Origin: an uncultured Verrucomicrobiae bacterium | Lineage (GTDB): Bacteria; Verrucomicrobiota; Verrucomicrobiia; Chthoniobacterales; JAFAMB01 | NCBI GenBank assembly: GCA_963793135.1 | Contig: CAWBYX010000028.1 | Location: 119,886-183,885, forward strand | Direction: 5' to 3' | DNA length: 64,000 nt | In this document: positions 58,312-64,000 of the stretch, in pieces | Numbering within the stretch: the first letter of the stretch is position 1 | Layout of the letters: each line of letters begins with the position of its first letter | The notes under the pieces: model-generated | The model's input: only the letters and a program-made list of their open reading frames with translations | What the model was told of the DNA's origin: nothing | The model's database searches: none | Position numbers and translations under genes: made by a program

Positions 58312-59816
58312 TGCGTGGTCGGCTTGGGGCTGGCGGATGAATCAGCAGGCTGGACCTGACTCTGCAAAAAATTGCCGGCATTTGGACCGTTGGGCGCCGT
58401 TCTTAAATCGACCGTCGGTGTGACCGAGAGGCCGACGAACAACGGTGCCTTGTCAGGGTCATAGTTCAGCACATCAATTCGCACCGGCAGCCGCTGCACC
58501 ACTTTGACGAAATTGCCCGTCGCGTTCTGGGCCGGCAACAGCGAGAGAGTGGACCCGGTGCCGTTCGTGAAACCGGAAATGCGTCCCTCGAATGTCTGTT
58601 TGCCGCCGTACATATCGAGCTCCAGCTCCACGCGCTGGCCAATGCGCAAATTGCGGATTTGGGTCTCCTTGAAATTCGCGTCTATCCAGATGTCGCGCAG
58701 CGAGCGGATCGCCATCAAACTCTGACCCACCTGGACATTGTTGCCGGGGTTCACATTGCGCCGGGTTATGACGCCGTCGATCTCCGCCACAATCTTGGTG
58801 TAGCGCAAATCCAGATTCGCCTGATCTAGATCACGTTGGGACTGCAGCAAACTCGCTTCCGCTTTTTTTAAGTCGGGTGCGCTCTGAACAATCTCTGCGT
58901 AAATTTTATCGATGTCGCCGCCTGGGTCGCGCCGGTAAAATTCCTCGATGACCTGCTTGGGCGTGAGATTGTAGGAAGACGCGGCAACGCCGAGTTTGGC
59001 GGCGTTCTGGAGCAAATCTGCCAACGCCTGGCGGACGGACGAGAAGGTCTGGTCGAGATTGGCCGGGACATCCCCCAGGCTCGATCCAGCGGGCGGTTCG
59101 GCGGGCAAACCGAGCGCCACCCGTGCTTGATGGATATTCTCCAACGCTTGCTGGACTTGCGCTTTGGCCACGTCCAGGGCCTCGTGCCTTTGGTCATATT
59201 CTTCAACGCTCACCACCTTACTAGCCACCAGATGTGCCGCCCGGTCGAACTCGGCTTGGGCAAGCACCAGGGTCGCCTTGCTCTGTTCCCAGGTGGCCAC
59301 CCGCGCCCGGATGATTGCGACTTGATTGTCCACATCCTCGATCGCTCGAATCAACTTGAAACGCGCACTTCGCGTTTGCGCCACCGAACCCCGAGCAGAG
59401 GCCTGAGCCACCACAAGTTCCGCCTGGGCAGAGTCGACAGCCGCCTGTTTGATTTCGACTTGCACTCGAAAGGGCTCGGGATCCAGCTCTACGAGTACAT
59501 CCCCTTTTTTGACGCGATTGTTATCTTCGACGAGAACGCGCATCACCTGGCCCGCGACGCGCGGCGCCACAAAGGTGACGTAGCTGTTCACGTAGGCGTC
59601 ATCCGTGGAGACCGTGTTCAGGGCGTGCAGCACCTTCGGAATGCCCATGAAAAGCGCGATCGCCGCCACCACCACGATGAGAGGTAAGACCCATTTTTTG
59701 CGTCGCTTTCGCGGAGGGCCAGCCGCCGGTTTGGGTGTCTCGGGATTTGCCGGGGGGGCCGGCGGTGCTGGTTTCGGTTCTTCGGCAGGCATTTCTCTTC
59801 TCCTTCTCTGTGGCAA
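58308..59816 (-). CDS. emrA: HlyD/EmrA-family periplasmic adaptor (membrane fusion protein).
   Basis: N-terminal Pro-rich cytoplasmic tail plus a TM segment, then VSTDDAYVNSYVTFVAPRVAGQV.., a coiled-coil hairpin and a beta-barrel. Overlaps the emrB start by 4 nt. Confidence 0.85.
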   Translation of the reverse strand: MPQRRRREMPAEEPKPAPPAPPANPETPKPAAGPPRKRRKKWVLPLIVVVAAIALFMGIPKVLHALNTVSTDDAYVNSYVTFVAPRVAGQVMRVLVEDNNRVKKGDVLVELDPEPFRVQVEIKQAAVDSAQAELVVAQASARGSVAQTRSARFKLIRAIEDVDNQVAIIRARVATWEQSKATLVLAQAEFDRAAHLVASKVVSVEEYDQRHEALDVAKAQVQQALENIHQARVALGLPAEPPAGSSLGDVPANLDQTFSSVRQALADLLQNAAKLGVAASSYNLTPKQVIEEFYRRDPGGDIDKIYAEIVQSAPDLKKAEASLLQSQRDLDQANLDLRYTKIVAEIDGVITRRNVNPGNNVQVGQSLMAIRSLRDIWIDANFKETQIRNLRIGQRVELELDMYGGKQTFEGRISGFTNGTGSTLSLLPAQNATGNFVKVVQRLPVRIDVLNYDPDKAPLFVGLSVTPTVDLRTAPNGPNAGNFLQSQVQPADSSASPKPTTQ

Positions 59817-59900
59817 TCAGGCGAAAACCCCGCAGTTGGCAGACGCATGCCAACGGGTCGGTTCTATTCGATCAGAGGGAAAGTCGTCAAGAAAGTAGTC

Positions 59901-60012
59901 AGGAGTGCAGGAGTGCAGGAGTGATGGAGTGATGGAGTGGTGGAGTGATGGAGTGATGGAGTGATGGAGTGATGGAGTGATGGAGTGATGGAGTGATGGA
60001 GTGATGGAGTGA
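59901..60012. repeat. 8-nt microsatellite, 14 units (AGGAGTGC x2, then [A/T]GGAGTGA-type units x12, one variant TGGAGTGG).
   Basis: Counted directly: units start at 59901, 59909, 59917, 59925 ... 60005, and a partial unit follows. The array lies 85 nt upstream of the emrA start codon. Confidence 0.92.
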
Positions 60013-60079
60013 TGGAGACCTGGCCAGCGTTGGGGCTATCGAACCTTCTTTGGCATTCCGAGCTTTCGGGGATACTGAA

Positions 60080-60109
60080 TCCTGAACTCCTGCAACTCCT
60101 GAACTCCTG
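60080..60109. repeat. Third copy of the 28-nt GGAGTT element (tcctgaactcctgcaactcctgaactcctg).
   Basis: Identical to 14149-14176 over 28 nt. It faces the 8-nt microsatellite in inverted orientation. Confidence 0.9.
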
Positions 60110-60114
60110 TCTTC

Positions 60115-60910
60115 TCAATGTTGACAGACCGGGCACCAGGCTGTGGTGCGGCCGGCGATCGTTCCATGATCCAACAACGTACCGTCGCGTGGACAGCGAC
60201 CTCCTTTCTCCCAGCGATGATGGATCAGCCAATTTTTCGGCGTTTCGTTCAGGTCAAGACCGATTGTTTTCAAGGCCGTGCGGCAGATCGCGCGGCTGGT
60301 CCGCCAGAGATCCCGCTGTTGCGAGTCGTCCAAATCGCCAGCCAGCGTGGAGGGATGCAGCTTTATCTGCCACAGAATTTCATCGGCCATCCAGTTGCCG
60401 ACTCCCGGAAAAATGGCTCTGATCAAGCAGCGCGGCCTTGATCGGTGAACGACGCCCCCGGTGCAATTGTTCCCGCAATACGGCACGCGTAAAGCCGGGG
60501 GAAATCACCGAGGGCGGCAGATCTTTCCACCACTCCGGCTTTCCTTTGCCGAGCGCGAACCGGATACGTCCAAACATCCGGGGATCCGAAAAAACCAGGC
60601 TTCGCTTTTCCTGGAACAATACCAGGTGGTCGTGTTTACCGGGCAGAAATCCCTTGCCCTCGACCCGTAGCAGGCCGCTCATTCCGAGATGAATTCCGAG
60701 CGATGCTCCATGCGAAAAGCTGAAGAGCATCTGCTTCCCATGTCCCTCCGAACTGAGGAGTTTTGCGCCGATGAGCGCCTTTTCCAGCGCCCCGACCTCG
60801 GTGCCGCGAAATACGCGCTTTTGGGGATGCGTGGCGACCCCGGTTACCCGCGAGCCTAGGCCGGAATTCCATTGCCGGCGAAAATATTCAACTTCAGCGA
60901 GTTCAGGCAT
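60115..60910 (-). CDS. Fpg/Nei-family DNA glycosylase/AP lyase, interrupted by one +1 frameshift near 60435.
   Basis: N-terminal MPELAEVE. ..IKAALLDQS then continues in the next frame as IFPGVGNWMADEILWQIKLHP (H2TH). C-terminal zinc finger CPRDG...CPVCQ. Confidence 0.88.
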
Positions 60911-60938
60911 GGTGGGGGACGTAGGGGGGAAACGTATC

Positions 60939-60974
60939 GGCGTGTCGGCGTTGGGGCGTGTCGGCGTTCAGCGC
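60939..60974. repeat. GGCGT(G)TCGGCGTT repeat-family copy, directly upstream of the fpg-like gene.
   Basis: ggcgtgtcggcgttggggcgtgtcggcgttcagcgc. Related to 7879-7903 and 35779-35798. Confidence 0.6.
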
Positions 60975-61250
60975 TCGAGCCGCGTGCTGATATTTTGGCT
61001 CGGCGTGATAGGGCCGGCAAGCCCGAATGCGATCTGGTCAGATTCGTCGCTTTCGGCAGGGAGATGGGAGCACCTGCAGAATTCGCTTGCGGCGAGAGGC
61101 TAGACAGTCCAGATATTAAACCAGATGGTTAAACATTGGACCGTGACGAATTTGGCCATCAAGCTCGAAAAATATTTAGCACAGCTAGCGCAGAAAGTTT
61201 CTGCGCTCACCCACAACGAAGCAAACACCGGAAAAACCAAGACTACCTCT

Positions 61251-61646
61251 ATGGAACCCTCAGAAACAAAACATGGCCAGTTCAGCTGGAATGAACTAGT
61301 CACGAACGACCCAGTTGCGGCAACGAGTTTTTATAAGCAACTGTTCGGGTGGACGACGCAAGAATTCCCAATGCCCGATTTCACCTACACGGTTGTTAGT
61401 GCAGGCGGCGCAAATACTGGACAGGGCGGTATTATGCCGACACCACCGTCGGCGCAGGGCATGCCGCCGACCTGGATAAGCTACGTGACAGTGGATAGTG
61501 TCGATAACACGGCAAAGCAGGCGGAAAAGCTTGGCGGGAAAATTGTCCTGCCACCGCGTGATATCCCCGAAGTGGGCCGCTTCGCCGTGATCCATGACCC
61601 GCAAGGCGCTGCTCTTGCGATCATAACTTACGCGAAGAAACAATAG
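61251..61646 (+). CDS. VOC (glyoxalase/bleomycin-resistance) family protein.
   Basis: GQFSWNELVTNDPVAATSFYKQLFGW..GGIMP...YVTVDSVDNTAKQAEKLGGKIVLPPRDIPEVGRFAVIHDPQGAALAI. The likely start is the Met at 61251. Confidence 0.8.
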   Translation: MEPSETKHGQFSWNELVTNDPVAATSFYKQLFGWTTQEFPMPDFTYTVVSAGGANTGQGGIMPTPPSAQGMPPTWISYVTVDSVDNTAKQAEKLGGKIVLPPRDIPEVGRFAVIHDPQGAALAIITYAKKQ

Positions 61647-61851
61647 ATCAGATCGCCGTGGTCCAATCTTGAGTTCGACGAATGGAACGGCCAGAAGTTC
61701 CAGCTCGTCGACCTCGACTTCTCTACGTCGGGACCTGAAACGAACAATTGGTTATGGGATGAGTTGCGAGGCGATTGATGCGCCGCCGATCACCGATGCG
61801 AGGCGCTGATTCGCCGACACGCCGATCCGCCAATCCGTTACCCCTTCCCCC

Positions 61852-62604
61852 TCACACCGTCAGAGCCTCTTTCGCGGCCGCGATCGCATAGTCCCGATTC
61901 AAGCGTGCAATGAAGGTCGCGCTCACTTCGGCGGGGCAGATGGCTTCGCACTCGTAGTGATTTCTGCAATTCCCGAAACCGAGTTCATCCATTTGCCGAA
62001 CCATATGAAGAGCGCGGTTTTCGCGTTCTGCTTGACCTTGCGGGAGAAGACCGAGATGCGCGACTTTGGCCGAAACGAACAGCATCGCAGAGGAATTTGG
62101 GCATGCGGCCACGCAGGCGCCGCATCCAATGCAAGCGGCGGCTTCCATGGAGAGATCCGCGACATGCTTCGGGACCGGCAAAGCGTTGGCTTCGGGAGCG
62201 GAACCGGTTCGAACCACGATGTAACCGCCGGCTTCGATGATCCGATCAAATGCGCTGCGGTCGACCACCAGATCCTTGATCGGCGGGAAGGAGGTCGCGC
62301 GGAACGGTTCGATCCAGATCGTGTCTCCGTCGGCAAACTTCCGCATATAAAGCTGGCAGGTGGTACCTTTGCCAGGTCCGTGCGGGACACCATTGATGAC
62401 CAGTGAGCAGGTTCCGCAGATGCCTTCGCGGCAGTCCGAATCAAATGCAATCGGATCCTCGCCACCGTCGAGCAGGGTTTCATTAACGATGTCGAGCATC
62501 TCCAGAAACGAGGCTTCGGAAGGAATATCTTTCGCGTCGTAATCTTTGAAAGACCCGGGCGATGCCCCATCTTTTTGCCGCCAAACCTTCAGCTTGAAAT
62601 TCAT
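61852..62604 (-). CDS. sdhB: Succinate dehydrogenase / fumarate reductase iron-sulfur subunit.
   Basis: 2Fe-2[12 protein letters not shown], 4Fe-4[13 protein letters not shown] and 3Fe-4[13 protein letters not shown]. Starts at [10 protein letters not shown] (62604), overlapping the sdhA stop by 4 nt. Confidence 0.93.
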   Translation of the reverse strand: MNFKLKVWRQKDGASPGSFKDYDAKDIPSEASFLEMLDIVNETLLDGGEDPIAFDSDCREGICGTCSLVINGVPHGPGKGTTCQLYMRKFADGDTIWIEPFRATSFPPIKDLVVDRSAFDRIIEAGGYIVVRTGSAPEANALPVPKHVADLSMEAAACIGCGACVAACPNSSAMLFVSAKVAHLGLLPQGQAERENRALHMVRQMDELGFGNCRNHYECEAICPAEVSATFIARLNRDYAIAAAKEALTV

Positions 62605-64000
62605 TTGTAGCTTCGCTGGGATAGTTTCACATATTCGAAACTGAGCGACTCCTTGATCAGGTTCGGCGGTGTATCCAGGCCGGTGTGCTCCCACGCTGCC
62701 ACGTGGCAGTAATGTTCATCATCTCGCAACGCTTCGCCCTCTTTGGTCTGGGACTCGAGACGAAAATGGCCTCCGCACGATTCCTTCCGTTCCAAGGCGT
62801 CCAGGCACATCAGTTCTGCGAACTCCAAAAAATCTGCGACGCGTCCGGCATGTTCGAGCGCTTGGTTAAACTCCGCGCCATCGCCCAGGACATTCACGTT
62901 TTCCCAGAACTCCGCGCGCATGGCCGGGATTTTCTGCAGCGCCTCCTGGAGTCCCTGGGCGTCTCGGGCCATGCCGCATTTGTCCCAAACCAGAAGTCCC
63001 AGCTCCCGATGAAACGTGGTGGTGGTTTTCTTTCCTTTGATCGAGAGGAGCCGGCTGATGCGGGCTCCGGACCTCGTTTTCGACCGCCTTGAATTCCGGC
63101 TGATCAGCGGAAACCTTCTTGCCCATTTGCGTTGCCAGATAGTTAGCGATGGTGCTGGGAATCACGAAATAACCGTCGGAGAGGCCCTGCATCAGAGCGC
63201 TGGCACCCAGCCGGTTGGCTCCATGATCGGAAAAGTTCGCCTCTCCCAAAACGTGAAGACCAGGAACATTGCTCATCAAATTGTAGTCCACCCAGAGTCC
63301 ACCCATCGTGTAATGGACTGCAGGGTAAATCCGCATTGGCGTTTTGTAGGCATTTTCGTTCGTGATATTCAGATACATGTCGAACAGGTTGCCGTACCGT
63401 TCCCGAATTTCGCTTTCCCCATGGCGCCGAATCGCCTCGGAGAAATCAAGATAGACTCCTAGCCCGCTGGGTCCGACGCCCCGGCCTTCATCGCACACTT
63501 CTTTGGCGTTGCGCGACGCAATATCGCGGGGAACGAGGTTTCCAAAGCTCGGATATTTCCGCTCCAGGTAATAATCTCGTTCTTCTTCAGGGATCTGGTC
63601 GGGCGATCGTGGATCCCCTTTCTTTTTTGGAACCCAAACGCGGCCGTCATTCCGCAAAGACTCTGACATCAAGGTGAGTTTGGCCTGATAAATGCCACCG
63701 ACCGGAATGCAGGTCGGGTGGATTTGAGTGAAACAGGGGTTAGCGAAGAGAGCGCCTCGTTTATGCGCGCGCCAGGTCGCCGTCACATTGCAACCCTTGG
63801 CATTGGTCGACAGGTAGAACACGTTACCGTAACCCCCAGTGGCCAGGACCACCGCATCGGCCGCGTGGGTGTTGATCTCGCCGCTGACCAGGTTTCGAAC
63901 CACGATGCCTTTGGCGTGCCCGTTGACCAGCACCAGATCAAGCATTTCGGTTCTGGGGTACATTTTCACCGAGCCCTCCGCGATCGCGTGTTCGAGAGCT
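62601..64000 (-). CDS. sdhA: Succinate dehydrogenase / fumarate reductase flavoprotein subunit. The 5' end lies outside the window. One +1 frameshift near 63063.
   Basis: ..[51 protein letters not shown]... ..AVENEVRS continues in the next frame as [38 protein letters not shown]...KESCGGHFR. The frame stays open to position 64000. Confidence 0.92.

Noticed and set aside
59864-60232. 122-aa minus-strand ORF with (SITPSLHH)n repeats.
   Set aside because: It is a product of reading through the 8-nt microsatellite (3 units = 24 nt = 8 aa). No start context or domain supports it as a gene.
2242-63063. Programmed ribosomal frameshifting or another recoding mechanism as an explanation for the split genes.
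   Set aside because: There are no slippery heptamers, no shared sequence context and no downstream structures at the sites. The affected genes (metH, nuoD/G/L, sdhA, fpg, ohr) are not known to be recoded. Random single-base insertions fit better.

Overview
This 64-kb chromosomal window is mostly housekeeping genes, all called from motif-level reading of the supplied translations. The gene content and the intergenic repeat style suggest a PVC/Verrucomicrobia-like soil bacterium, but that is unverified. Housekeeping content: rpsF-ssb, prs-ctc-pth, dnaE, tRNA-Leu(UAG), a class A PBP, lactonase plus UxaA-type dehydratase, metG, a PpiD-like chaperone, an 11-gene nuoD-to-nuoN complex I operon, ndh, NUDIX, ubiA, metH, emrAB-like efflux, an Fpg/Nei glycosylase and sdhAB (sdhA runs off the window end). 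Five things stand out. (1) At 1120-4705 there is a ~3.6-kb single-gene NLR-like conflict/defence locus with the architecture SIR2-like + TIR + STAND P-loop NTPase + 7 WD40 blades. It is broken by at least 10 frameshifts. (2) At 22155-26955 there is a same-strand cluster: pspA, then a fusion of a YqiJ/NfeD-like membrane anchor, a Zn ribbon and a Hanks Ser/Thr kinase, then flotillin, then an ECF sigma factor. (3) A 3,461-bp three-ORF IS21-family element with a perfect 8-bp target-site duplication splits an SDR gene, which can be rejoined in frame. (4) At least four families of short dispersed or tandem intergenic repeats are present: a 1.3-kb hairpin-unit array, a 104-bp x4 tandem array, an 8-nt x14 microsatellite, a 28-nt perfect inverted repeat with a third copy 46 kb away, and a GGCGTTCGGCGTT family. 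(5) About 12 otherwise conserved genes each carry one single-base frameshift, and nearly all are +1 insertions. These are most simply explained as consensus errors, so the supplied ORF track splits many genes. No rRNA genes or CRISPR arrays were seen.
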